Assembly (NCBI RefSeq): GCF_009914755.1
Contig: NC_060940.1
DNA: 64,000 nt
Source: the human T2T-CHM13v2.0 reference genome, Homo sapiens
Strand: one strand, 5' to 3'
Shown here piece by piece: positions 14,938 to 29,673 of the stretch (the stretch's first letter is position 1; the number at the start of each line of letters is the position of its first letter). The notes beneath the pieces were generated by a model that saw nothing but the letters and a program-made list of their open reading frames with translations, made no database searches and was not told the DNA's origin. The translations under genes were made by a program, and so were the position numbers.

Positions 14938-15720
14938 TAATGGCATCTAGAATGGTGAATCCTTTCCAGAAGGTTTTCAGTTTACTTTGCCCAGATCCAT
15001 CCAAGGAGTCACTATCTATGGCAGCTACAGCTTTATGAAACGTATTTCTTAAATACATTAAACGTTTCTGTTGTGGAGATGGCTTCTTTCCTTAAACCTC
15101 GTGAACCTTAGACTTTGGCTTAAGGGAATGTTGTGGCTGGTTTGATCTTCCATCCCGACCACTAAAACTTTCTCCATATCAGCAATAAGGCTGTTTCACT
15201 TTCTTATCATTTATGTGTTTAGAGGAATCGCTAGCACTTGTTAGTTTCCTTTAAGAACTTTTCCTTTGCAACCACAACCTGGCTGTTTGGCACAAGAAGC
15301 CTAGCTTTCAGCCTCTCTCAGTTTCTGACATACCTTTCTCACTAAGCTTAATCATTTCTAGCTTTCTATTTAAGGCAAAGGATGTATGACTCTTCCTTTC
15401 ATTTGAACGCTTAGAAGCCAGTATAGGGTTAGTAAGTGACCTAATTTCATTATTAGTGTGATTCAGGAAATAAGGAGGCCCCAAAAGAGGGAGAGAGACA
15501 GGGAAATGGCCACTCAGTGGAGCAGTCAGAACACACCCATTTATCTATTATATTTGCCACCTTAAATGGACATGGTTTGTGGCACCCCAGAATGATCACA
15601 CCATCAAAGATCACCGATCACAGATCACCATAACAGATATAGTAAAGAAGAAAAAGTTCAAAATATTGCAAGAATTACCAAGATGTAAGAATATGCTGTT
15701 GAAAAAATGATGCTAACAGA

Positions 15721-16257
<537 letters not shown>

Positions 16258-16299
16258 CTATCTAATAACCCTTCTTTTTGTTGGCAGCAAGTGTTCCAG

Positions 16300-16430
16300 C
16301 AGAGTGTTCTTAAGGAAATTAACAGTGCTACTCCAGTAAACACACAAATGATAGGAAAGTGAAACAGCCTTATGGCTGATATGAAGAAAGTTTTAGTGAT
16401 CAGGATAGAAGATCCAACCAGCCACAACAT
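16300..16430 (+). mobile_element. Tigger1 internal fragment, inverted relative to the adjacent element
   Basis: Reverse-complement similarity to about 15127-15260. Confidence 0.8.
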
Positions 16431-16529
16431 GAAAATATATTACATTTTTCAGTACAATTCTGGTCTCTAGAGTAAAAGTCATTGGATAGACCTCCTTGAA
16501 AAGTCCTTTTGCTACTGACCTTTCCTCCT

Positions 16530-16750
16530 TCGTAGAATACAGATGTGATGGCTGCAGCTCCTGCAGCCATTTTGTAAGCACAAAGACAACAGCCATACCC
16601 TAAAGATGAAGGAGCAGAAAGCTAGGAAGTCCCGGGTCCCAGGAACCCATGTCTCCAAATGTCTCATTACCTGAGAGAAAAATAAACTCTTAACATATGC
16701 CACTGTTCTTTGCATTTTCTTGTCACATGCCCTTATCCCTAACTAAAACT
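16530..16750. mobile_element. LTR16/LTR33-like ERVL LTR fragment
   Basis: GTGATGGCTGCAGCTCCTGCAGCCATTTTG. Confidence 0.5.
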
Positions 16751-17630
16751 GGCACACAGGAGGCTTAAATAGGACTGATAATGTTTTACTTCTGAAGCTG
16801 GCTAGGGATGCATGTGTATGCGTTATATTAATCTTTAGACTATTTTTGGTGTTTTTTTATGCTTTTCAGTTTTTCTAAGATGCTGAAACATTTAAAACTT
16901 AAAAAGAAATTGTAGCCCAATACCTAATCCTCAGTAAGATTTTCAGGACTCAGTGATAAAATAAATGAGAAATGTCTGTGCTAGGAAGCTCTGAATAGGA
17001 AGTAAAAAGCAAGCTTCCTAGAGACACCAAAGTCATAGAATTCAAACCCAGTTTTGTCTGACTCCCCAGGTCAAAGCATTTCCCACTCTATCCCAAATTA
17101 CTGAGCACAACTTTGCTTTGAAGATTAAAGCTTCCTCGTAATAAACTAGTTCTGGTTTATAAACTTAAACACAATGAGAATAGAGCAGAGGTTAAAGTGC
17201 TGTTTGAATATAAAAAGGCTCCTGCTTTCTTTAAGAAAGTCTATTAAAAAAACATCACAGGCTGTAACTGGATTTTGGTGTGAAAAGCATCTTCTGGCTC
17301 TAAAAAAGCCTAATTGATGTTAGTTTATGACATAAACTGGCTCCTGAATCGCTGTTAGGGGTTTAATGAGTTGTCATGCTTGATAAGAAACTCTTATGTT
17401 ATCTCCTACTCTACCACACGAAATAGGGAAGCTTTGTTTAATCTTGACAGCCCTCACTTAATTCTCTCTAACGGCCTTCTGTTCAACCACAGTTGCCTTT
17501 AGATTGTTGGGAATAAATCAATCTGTGTCAGCTCTGAGTAGATCAAATTTATTAAATTCTGAAAATCAGTTAGAAGTCTATCCTGGCAGGTAAACAAATG
17601 AATAAAAAGACAGTATGTAATGGTATGAAA

Positions 17631-17720
17631 ATTTATATATATAGTATATATATTTATATTATATATTATGTATATGTTTATATATTATATGATATATAAT
17701 ATATATTTATATATATAAAA
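17631..17720. repeat. AT-rich (TA)n low-complexity tract; a second one at about 17850-17975
   Basis: Direct inspection. Confidence 0.9.
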
Positions 17721-18199
17721 TCTTGCAAACTAAAACACATGCCAAAAATGAAGTGCTTTCAAAAACTGCACCAGAATAAAATAAAAACAAAGAAAAACAT
17801 TTGGAGCTAGTAGAAATTATCTATTAAAATTCATCTCTGGCAAGACATTACATAACATATATTAATTAGATTATGTATTATATACTAGCTGTATTATTTA
17901 TTAATATAATATATAATTACATATTAATAACATTATATAATATATAAATATGTCAATATATTAATGACATATATCTATTTCTGCCTCTCTAGCCATAAAC
18001 TCCAAACTCTCTTGCCTTTCAGATTCATAAACTGAAGACCGATAGCAAAATGATGTTCAGTTAAGCAAATTCAACATGTCTGAACCTTCATAAATTCGGT
18101 ATAGTGTGAATTTATGATCTAAATTTTTTTTTACTATCCTATTATTCTATTCACTGTGAAAAATATTTCTTTGAAAAGTTACTGGATTTCTTTACACAC

Positions 18200-18262
18200 T
18201 GCTATGGACTGAATGTTTGTGTCACTCCCAAATTCGCATGTTGAAATCCTAGCCCCCAGTGA
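18200..18262 (+). mobile_element. MLT1/MST LTR 5' fragment
   Basis: TGCTATGGACTGAATGTTTGTGTC..GTTGAAATCCTA. Confidence 0.6.
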
Positions 18263-19628
18263 TGCTGTCCTGCAGTGTGATCCTGGCCTCGGGAGACGTC
18301 TGTCCCCAGCAGAGCTAATCACCTTTACTCTTTGGGTGAAATTGAAACTGATAATATTTTGATGTCAACGCATCTCATTCAAGAGCTGAGCTGTGAAATC
18401 CTACGAAGCCATGGCAGGGGTAGGTCCCGTGCGTGCCCCAAAACCAAGAAAGCCAGGCTTTGGCAAAGGAACAAACAAAAGCAGCAGCAGCAGCAGAGAA
18501 CAGAAGGCCATGCGGTCCCAGTGATGGCAAAAGTCACTGATCGCCACCCTTCCTGGTCAGATGGCCACCTTTCCTGGTCACTGATCTCCATGCCTAGACC
18601 CTCCCCTCCTCCTCCAGGTCTGACTACTCTTCCTGTCCCTGGATTCTCAATCTTCCCAAGTCTCAACAACCCCAGCCACCTCATACATTCATAAATTCCC
18701 CCTTCCTCAGAATCCATGTGTCTACCCGCCCTCCTGCCCCTAATGTGAACACACTTCCCGTTTTCCACAGGGAGCCTGTGGTTCTTTATTTGGTTCTTCT
18801 CCCTACAGGAGCCCCCTCTCATTTATTTTTTTAACGTCTCCCTTTCATAAAGTGTAGCTTTCTGAGGTTATCCAATCCTATCTGGTGACCGATCCAGGAA
18901 AAGAGGAAATGAAGCTGGCCCTCCTGTGCGGCTTGGGGAGAACCTAGGTAAGAATGACAGGCTGGGTAATGAATGGCAGCTCTGGTTGCTTGCAAGGGTG
19001 ATCCTGGTTATTGCATCACGAGAAAGTCAGTCTCACGGGGGTCTTGGTAGCCCTCCTTTCCAGCTGACAGCCCTCTGAGGCTCTGCACGCAGAGTTTTTC
19101 ATTTCTTTGTACACCATTGCTTTTTCAGGTAGAAGAAAACAGAGACGCTTAGTCCCTAAACTGCATCTCAGTGATGGAGGGGCACACTCGGGTTCACTGT
19201 GGCTTTTGAACCCACCCATTTGAGGGTTTAGAGGCTCTGTTTGATGACAGATGAAATAATATTGATTTTAAAACCAGCTCCACCTCTAGAACATTTCGAC
19301 AGAGTGTTTTCAAGCCAAACCAAACACCAGATGAAGCCCTCTTAGTTCAAGGCAACTTTATTTCACCAGCAGCTGCTTGTTAGCTGTGGATCTGCTGTGG
19401 TGAACACACACAGGGGCGCCTGTCTTTCCCCATCATGAGACGGGCCCCCCATGCTAAAAGCAGTCACATTTAATACACTCAGGGAAGGGGGGCCCAATTT
19501 CTAAACCTGATGTCTACAAATCTGATTAAACAAATTAAAGGGGCATGTGCACATTATAAGCAGATTCTTCATCTTACAAAAGCATCCAGTGCAGAGTCCC
19601 TCTAAGGTCCTCCTGCATAGTCTATTTA

Positions 19629-20047
<419 letters not shown>

Positions 20048-20313
20048 ATGTGTAGCTAGCAGAAAAAGGTAAGTCAGATTCACTGGAAAACATCTGCTCC
20101 CAGGAAGCTGCAGGCAAATGTGGCTTATTCAAGACTAAGGTGAACAGTTTCCTCCTGGACATAAAGTGGCAAAAATGGGGTCAAATCATCTCTGATGGGT
20201 CCCTTCTGGCATTGGAATTGCATCATTTTTATGACGAGCATACCAGTGATGCTCATGTATTAATCACTGACATTCTCTCAGGGTAACCTTCTCACAAGCA
20301 TACAGTATGCATT

Positions 20314-20617
20314 CTTTTTTTTTTTTTTTTTTTGAGACAAGGTCTCCCTCTGTTGCCCAGGCTGCAGTTCAGTGGCACGATCATAGCTCACTGCAGCCTT
20401 GACCTCCCAGGCTCAAGCAATCCTCCTACCTCAGCCTCCTGAGTAGCTGGGACTACAGGTGCATGCCACCATGCCTGGCTAATTTTTGTATTTTTTGTAG
20501 AGATGGGGTCTCACTATGTGGCTGAGGCTGGTGTATGAACTCCTGGCCTCAAGCAATCCTCCCACCTCAGCCTCTCAACATGCTAGGATTACAGGCATGA
20601 ACTACCACACCCTGCCT
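20314..20617 (-). mobile_element. AluJ-like
   Basis: Antisense dimer. Confidence 0.93.
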
Positions 20618-20885
20618 CAATATGTATCTTTATGTGTCTACTTGTTAGGATGTTAGGGCATTTTTGTGATAGATATAAATACTTTCCAGAAGGCTAATAC
20701 GCATACAATAAAGTTAATTTACTCATTTGCTTCATCATAGGAAAACAGCTAGACACATTCAGCAAATTTAGAAGATATGTTTGGGACAGCGTCATGTGAA
20801 ATCCAAGTTATGTGGCATATATGAAATTTGCATGGCAGGGGCGTGGTGGGGGCACTCTGCAAGATGCCTCAAAGAATCAGAAGTT

Positions 20886-21180
<295 letters not shown>

Positions 21181-21446
21181 TCGGAAGTTGGTTCAGCTCT
21201 AGGCCAGCTGAAACTCATATAATGACACGTCCACAAGACTGGCAATTTGGGAAGGACACGCTGTCCATACTGAGAAGCTGTGGATGTAGTCAGTTATCGT
21301 CTTAAATAAGAGTCTCAAACTGAAATTCACAAGGGCAAAATGCTGCAAATTATGGGAGTGATCTGCAACAATGCTGCATCTCACGTGGGCAGTTCCACGC
21401 AAACTACTCTGGGGCTGTGGCAGCAGAGATGCATTTAAGAACAGTG

Positions 21447-21762
<316 letters not shown>

Positions 21763-22061
21763 CAGTGAGTGATTCCCTTGACACATGCCAGGAAAGCCAG
21801 CCAGCAAAATGATAAATCAGACAAAACTAAGCAATTAAGGGTCCCTATGGAAGTTTATGATACCAATTTAACCCTTGAGATCAAAGTTATAGACACCTAC
21901 AGTGCTCTCCCAAAAGTGTTTCCCCCTAGAGAGTATTAAACATCCATGTTAAATGATGTCAACAACTTTCCACATCTTACTTCTAAAATTTTTAGATTCA
22001 ATCCCGTGAAAAAACGTTTATCTTCACAAACTAGAATCAGGGTAAGTAAGGTAGGACCCTA

Positions 22062-22241
22062 TTATAGCACCTCGAGGTGACCAACTAAGTTATAGCACCT
22101 CGAGGATGACCAACTAAGTTACAGCACCTTGAGGGTGACCAACTAAGTTACAGCACCTCGAGGGTGACCAATTAAGTTATAGCACCTCGAGGGTGACCAA
22201 CTAAGTTATAGCACCTCGAGGGTGACCAACAAAGTTATAGC
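22062..22241. repeat. 29-bp minisatellite, about 6.2 copies, consensus TTATAGCACCTCGAGGGTGACCAACTAAG
   Basis: Units start at 22062 (28 nt), 22090, 22119, 22148, 22177, 22206, with a partial unit at 22235; head-to-tail with no spacers. Confidence 0.97.
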
Positions 22242-22329
22242 CCAGGGCTGAGGGGTTTCCCAGGATGTGGGACTTTTCAGTGCTAAAACCAGAACAGTCC
22301 TGGGCAAACCAGGCTGGTTGGTCACCCTA
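22219..22329. mobile_element. MER81-like hAT-Blackjack MITE
   Basis: TIRs AGGGTGACCAAC / GTTGGTCACCCT; internal CTGAGGGGTTTCCCAGGATGTGGGACTTTTCAGTGCTAAAACC matches the recalled MER81 consensus. Confidence 0.75.
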
Positions 22330-23244
22330 ATTTGGAAGAAGACAGATTCCAAAGCATAACTACAAGCATTACTACAAATTTGAAGGGCCCAATATAATGC
22401 AGTCGGCCTACAGGGTTTGCCTACCAGAACTGCACAGGGGGATCTTACTTACATGGGGAAAATAAAACCCACAAAATTGAATGTCTCTACTGGCTTCCCT
22501 TTGAATGTTTTGTATTTTACAGATAGAGCCTCAGATCCTGGGCATCGATATTCCACATGGATCCTGTTTGTACCTCTTGTATTCACACCGGGGAAACTGC
22601 AAAGGGAAGACTGCTAAGTAATGTAAGGGGGCCCGTGCCTGCACAAATTCTTCCTAGCAGGCACACTGGGGGCCTTAGCAGCGTATGTGTTGTGAGCGAG
22701 TAACACTTTGCATCCGCAACGGACTTCATGCCTTTCAGACAATCTGCCAGACCAGTCCTAATGGCAACCTTTTAAAAAAGGATGACAAGTCCTTCTAGCA
22801 GGCTGTCACATGTTGCCAGATTAAAACATTGTGTAATTATTTACAGGAGACGGTGGGGTGTCAGATCATTTGGCTGGAAAGACCATGTTTCCAAATAAAT
22901 TTGAGAGATAGCTACAGCTGCTCTAAAACAGAGCAAAATATATGGCAACAAAAGGAAGAAGAACACATTATTGAGGCAAATCATGCAATTAAGTATCCAC
23001 TCTTTGTCATAGGGCATTTTGGCTGTCCCTGCTTCTCCAGGCAAGCTTTTGGAATATTCTGAATAAGAGCTGGAGAGTCAAAGAAAGAGAAAACAAAGCC
23101 CCTTTCTATCTCCCATACGTTTCCTTCCTGCAGGAAAAGGGACACAGTACCATGCAGTTGAACACCATGTCAAGTGAGGATAAAGGAAAACAGCCATGAC
23201 ATCACTCCATTACTGCCACCCCCAGTGTGCCTCACAGGCCCTGC

Positions 23245-23400
23245 AATTTATAATCTTGTTTAATCCTCCAAGCAACCGAGGAATACAGATATCATCGCCC
23301 CTGCTGTACAGATAAGGAAGCAGAGGCTCATTGGGGTCCAGGAGCATGCCTGTGGACAAATAGCTCCTAAATGACATTGAGTTTTAAACCCAATCTCCAA
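23245..23400 (-). mobile_element. MIR
   Basis: TACAGATAAGGAAGCAGAGGCTC. Confidence 0.6.
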
Positions 23401-23862
23401 AAAGCCTGTATGTTTTGAGCGCCTATGATGTGTCATCAGACAGTGAGGCAGGTACTTGGGATACAATCAGATAAATGGCAGAGAACCTATCCAAGAAGCC
23501 CACAAGCTGGAAGCGAATACAAGAAACGCCATCACTCATAGCCATGACAATTACTGAGTGCCTGTCACATGCCTGGCATTGTTCCCATTCATGACTTCAG
23601 TTCAGCCTCCCACCAGCCCACTGACCAAGGCACTATTTTCCATGATGTCTTCACTTTCTGACTTTAAAACCCAGACTCTTCACCATTAGATCATGTGCCT
23701 GAGATCAATGGCAAGAGATGAAAGCCTGGCCAAAGCACTGTGTTAATAAAGTAGGCTGATTATACAGTTTACTACAAGTAGAAGGAATTGCCACAAACTG
23801 GTACTTCTGGAGCAGTGTTCAGGAAGAAGGCAGGAACTGCAGCTGAATCTAGTAATAAGACA

Positions 23863-23884
23863 CGATGATGATGATGATGATGAC
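23863..23884. repeat. (GAT)7 STR
   Basis: Direct count. Confidence 0.85.
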
Positions 23885-23914
23885 AGCAATGACAACAGCA
23901 ACAACAAAAATAGA

Positions 23915-24233
23915 GGCTGGGTGTGGTGGCTCATGCTTGTAATTCCAGCACTCTGGGAGGCAGAGGCAGGAGGATCGCTTGAGCCCAGGAGTCTGAGACC
24001 AGTCTGGGCAACACGGCAAGACCCCATCCCTACAAAAAATTTTAAAATTAGCTGGACATGGTGGCATGTATCTGCAGTCCCAGCTACTCAGGGGGCTAGG
24101 GTAGCAGGATCACTTGAGCCCAAGAAGTAGAGGCTACAGTGAGGTATGATCACACCACTGCACTCCAGCTTGGGCAACAGACGAAGACTCTGTCTCTAAA
24201 AAAAAAAAAAAAAAAAAAAAGACAAAAAAAAAA
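23915..24233 (+). mobile_element. AluJ-like
   Basis: Dimer. Confidence 0.93.
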
Positions 24234-24583
24234 GTGCTAGAGAACCAGATTTAAAGCAGAAGCAGTCCGGAAATCACATGCAAAACTGCTCCCAGGGAGA
24301 AACGCAAGCCCAGGCACAGAGCCCCGCTTGATGGCAGGTGCTGGACAATAACAATGCTGGGATCCCCGCCTCTGCTGCCACTTTCCTCACCAGCATGGAT
24401 CCTGCCCTCTCCTTTGTGTCACTCACTAAAGGCTCAAAGTCTGGTTCAAGGTGAGTCTGAGTACTAGGGCCTGGGATACATGCCTGTGTCCTAACTGCAA
24501 AGAAAGCAGAGAGGCCATCAGGCCATCTAGCTTTCATCATGCAGGTGGTTTATACCACAAAGCAGGTGAATATATTCAAGGGG

Positions 24584-24938
24584 TGATACGGTTTGTCTCT
24601 GTGTTCTCACCTAAATCTCATCTCAAATTGTAACCCCCGTGTGTCAAGGGAGGGACCTGGTGGGAAGTGATTGGATCATGGGGTCGGGGGGTGGTGTGGT
24701 TACCCCATGCTGTTCTCATGACAGTGCGTGAGTTCTCACAAGACCTGATGGTTTAAAAGTGTTGGGCAGTTGCCCCTTGTGCTCTCTCTCCTGACGCCTT
24801 GTGAAAAAGGTGCTTGCTTCTCCTTTGCCTTCCATCTTGACTGTAAGTTTCCTGAGGCTCCCCAGCCATGTGGAACTGTGAGACAATTAAACCCGTATCA
24901 GGTGGTATCCTTATATCAGTGTGAAAACAGACTAATAC
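24584..24938 (+). mobile_element. THE1D/MST-type MaLR solo LTR
   Basis: TGATACGGTTTG...AAATCTCATCTC...AACAGACTAATAC. Confidence 0.85.
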
Positions 24939-25044
24939 TGGGGCAAACTCTCCAAAAGTCAGAAGGGAATACCAAAGTACTGGGAGGTCAGAAAGGACAA
25001 ATGGACAACCACTGAAAGCTCCTTGTTCTGTCTTTTCTAAATGA

Positions 25045-25372
25045 AGTCATCCTTCCAATGGCAGCTGTGGGTTCCACGTCTGTGGATTCAACTGCTGATT
25101 GAAAATATTCAGAAAAAAAATTCCGTGATGTTTCAAAAAGCAGAACTTGAACTTGCTGTGTGCTGAGTATGACGCTGAATCCGTAAGAATAAAGTGATGT
25201 GTAGCACTGTATTGGGTACAGGTAATCTATAGATGATTTAGAGTATACAGGAGAGTGTGCATAGGTTATATGCAAATACCACACTATTTTATATCAGGGA
25301 CCTGAGGACTGGTGGATCTTGGTATCCTTGGGAGGGTCCTGGAACCAATCCTCCATGGATACCAAAGGATGA
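25045..25372. mobile_element. MER2-type TcMar-Tigger element
   Basis: GTGGATTCAAC..., GTGCATAGGTTATATGCAAATAC, GGTCCTGGAACCAATCC..GGATACC motifs. Confidence 0.75.
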
Positions 25373-26098
25373 TGATAATTGATTGCTAACTTTGCCCTTC
25401 ACAGGTAGAAACAATTTTACGTGTCTCAGAAAGAACAAAGAGTTTAAGATGGTGATGCTGAGATTCTGGACAAGATGGACATGGTGATCTCTACTGGAAT
25501 CCGGGGACTGCTGTACTACGGTCATATACTACTGCTGGGGGCCTGGTGTTCCCGGGGTGCACTGGGGGCCTTGCTGTACTGATATGGTCATATGCTACTG
25601 GGGGCCTGCTGTTGCTGAGGTACATTGTCAGCAGGCCTAGGCATCGAAAATGACACAACTGTCTCCTGTTCAGAAGCACTTAGAATCTCCTGCATCGTGT
25701 AACAAGTGTTTAGAGATCCCTAGATCAGGGACTCTGGGGACAGTTTTTAATTTACTGATAAGTAAAGTTTTAAAATGTGACATCTTTGAGTACTGCTGCC
25801 CTAGTCTATTAAACAAAGAGAAGCAATTCCCAGGCCAGGATCATCCTACTAACCCAAACCTGATAATGCTGATGTGGCCCAGGGCTGGCAGGATGGCCTG
25901 GACTGTAACTAGGCATCCCCTGCTTCCATTTGCAGACATGTGGCTTTGCCCTGATGGAGACATAGTGACAGATCATTTTGTACTACGTAGGTACAGATCC
26001 AAAGGGCATCTTAGGCTGGCTGTCATTAAGTTCCAGTGAGGAACACCTGTCTTCTTCAGTTCCTGTTTCTCCAGTTTGCATGCAGCCTCAGCCCATCA

Positions 26099-26413
<315 letters not shown>

Positions 26414-26764
26414 TCAGCTGGGCGGTGCTGGGCAAGTTGTTTGACCTGACAGTTTGGTCATCTGCAAAAAGGGATAAAAGTACAACTATTTCATAATAAA
26501 ACAGCAATCTTTGTGGCTCTATACTATGACGAGTACTATTATTTACATTAGTAACAAGCTCTTCTCAATTTCTAGTAGCCGCTTAGGTTTACCCAATGAT
26601 AATGAATCAATCAGGAAAAATGGTGTCCCTGTGAAGAGACTAGTTAACCAGAAATAAATAAAAGCTATGGATACCAGCAATGGAACTACACTAGTAAAAT
26701 CGCTTCCTATTTTCCAAAAGTTTGGGCTTAATCTTCAGACAACATGTTCTGGATAAAAAATGTG

Positions 26765-27128
<364 letters not shown>

Positions 27129-27780
27129 TTACAGTCTTAAAATAAACATATCCTCGGCTAATTGAGAGGACAGCCTGGGGTCTGCCCAAGGGCAGGGAAC
27201 TGGGCCTCCCTCTTCTGCTTAGTCCCCTGGGACTTAAATTTCCACATTAAAAATACTCTCTCATTTATTTTTACTTCTTTGTCGGGGGAAGAGGGTAACG
27301 CCACGGAGATGGTGAATTCAATTTCTTGGACCACTAGGGATATTATTTAGTAATGGAGGTAAAAATATGATATTGTACTAGTTATGCTGTATGTCAGGGC
27401 AAGAATCTAATTTCCACTTTCCTTAATGTTATCATCTGAATAAAGTGATTCAAATTAATCAACAATCTGCTTCTAAGAATTTATCTCATAGTATAATAAA
27501 AAGTAGTAGCAGTAGATAGATAAAATGTGGTATATCCATATGGTAGAATATTATTCAACAACAGCTACAACATGGATAAACCCTGAAAACATCATGGTAA
27601 GTGAAAGAAGTCGATCCCAAGGCGCCGCATACTGTATATTTCATTTATATGAAATATCCAGAATAGGCAAATCTACACACGGACAGTGGATTAGTGGCTG
27701 CCTAGGGCTGGAGTCGGAGGTGAAGGGAAATAGGGAATGACAGCTAACAGGGACGGAGTTTCTTTCTGGGTTGATAAAAA

Positions 27781-28408
<628 letters not shown>

Positions 28409-28544
28409 GGTAAAAATGTTTTAATACTGATTTTGGTGATCATTACACAACTCAGCAAATACACAAAAGACCAATGAATGGAAATGGATGAGTGGCATGG
28501 TATGGAATTCAATCTCAATAGAGTCATTATTAAAAATAGAAGTA

Positions 28545-28780
28545 ATCGTAGTTATTGGGCTGTATTAAATGCCAGCCAATATTCTAAGCACTTTTATAGA
28601 TTATTTCATTTAAGTCTTATGAGAAACCTATGATGCGAGTACCATTATTATCTGCATTTTACAGATAAGGAAATTCAGCTACAGAGAGATTAGATAACTT
28701 GCCCAAAGCTATTTGGCCAGGAAACAAGAGAGCCAGGATCTGAATTTAAGCCATCTGACATCACAGGCCAGTTCTCAACT
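28545..28780 (-). mobile_element. MIR
   Basis: CATTTTACAGATAAGGAAA..TAACTTGCCCAA. Confidence 0.75.
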
Positions 28781-28870
28781 GCTGCCCATGTACACAAACG
28801 TATGGACTCCAGGAGGGGCCCTGCAGTGCTGGTTCTGGCAGGACTTCGGACACAGTCTGAGCCTCAAATA

Positions 28871-28949
28871 CTAAACTGGTGCCAAAGTAATTGCAGTTTC
28901 TGCCATTGAAAGTAATGGCAAAACTGCCATTACTTGAGCACCAACCTAA
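28871..28949. mobile_element. MADE1 (Hsmar1-derived MITE)
   Basis: About 79-bp palindromic element ..TGGTGCCAAAGTAATTGCAG...CATTACTTGAGCACCAACCTAA flanked by TA. Confidence 0.9.
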
Positions 28950-29238
28950 TACAAGCTGGTATTTTGTCCACTGAAAAAAGTGAAACAAATCTGCATATCC
29001 TGCTATGGAAAGACCAGGACAACAACAAGGTATTTAAACATTGTGTCTTTTTTGCTCCCATTTGCATTTTTTTTTTTTTTTTTACAAAAAGCTACACATG
29101 CAAGTGTACCCATACTTGACAAGTTTCCATAATTTTTCATGAAAAAGCATTAACTGTAGCTTTCTCTGAGAAGCAGGTCAATGGTGACAGGGACATTAAG
29201 GTTTTTTCTGGATACCTTTTGGTACTGTTTGATTTTAA

Positions 29239-29673
29239 TTTTTTTTTTTTTCTTTTGAGACAGAGTTTCGCTCTGTCGCCCAGGCCAGAGTGCAGTGGTG
29301 CGATCTCAGCTTACTGCAACCTCCACTTCCCAAGTTCAAGCGATTCTCGTGCCTCAGCCTCCCAAGTAGCTGCGATAACATGCACATGCCACCACACCCA
29401 GCTAATTCTTGTATTTTTTGTAGAGAGGGGTTTCACCATGCTGGCCAGGCTGGTCTCGAATTCCTGAGCTCAAGTGATCTGCCCACCTTGGCCTCTCAAA
29501 GTGCTGAGATTACAGGCGTGAGCCACCACACCTGGCCAAATTTTTGAATTTTTTTGTAGAGTTGGAGTTTTGCCATGTTGCCCAGGCTGGTCTCAAACTC
29601 CTGACCTAAGTGATCCTTCTGCCTCAGCCTCCCAAAGTGCTGAGATTACAGGCATGAGCCACTGCGCCTGGCC
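29239..29673 (-). mobile_element. Alu dimer plus adjacent left monomer
   Basis: 29239-29537 and 29540-29673. Confidence 0.92.

Noticed and set aside
18332-18822. Overlapping 120- and 147-aa ORFs with a short CAG run
   Set aside because: No domain, splice or codon support; the CAG run is only about five units
22062-22241. CRISPR-like array (29-bp partly palindromic repeats)
   Set aside because: Units are contiguous with no unique spacers, there are no cas genes, and the context is primate intronic; it is a minisatellite
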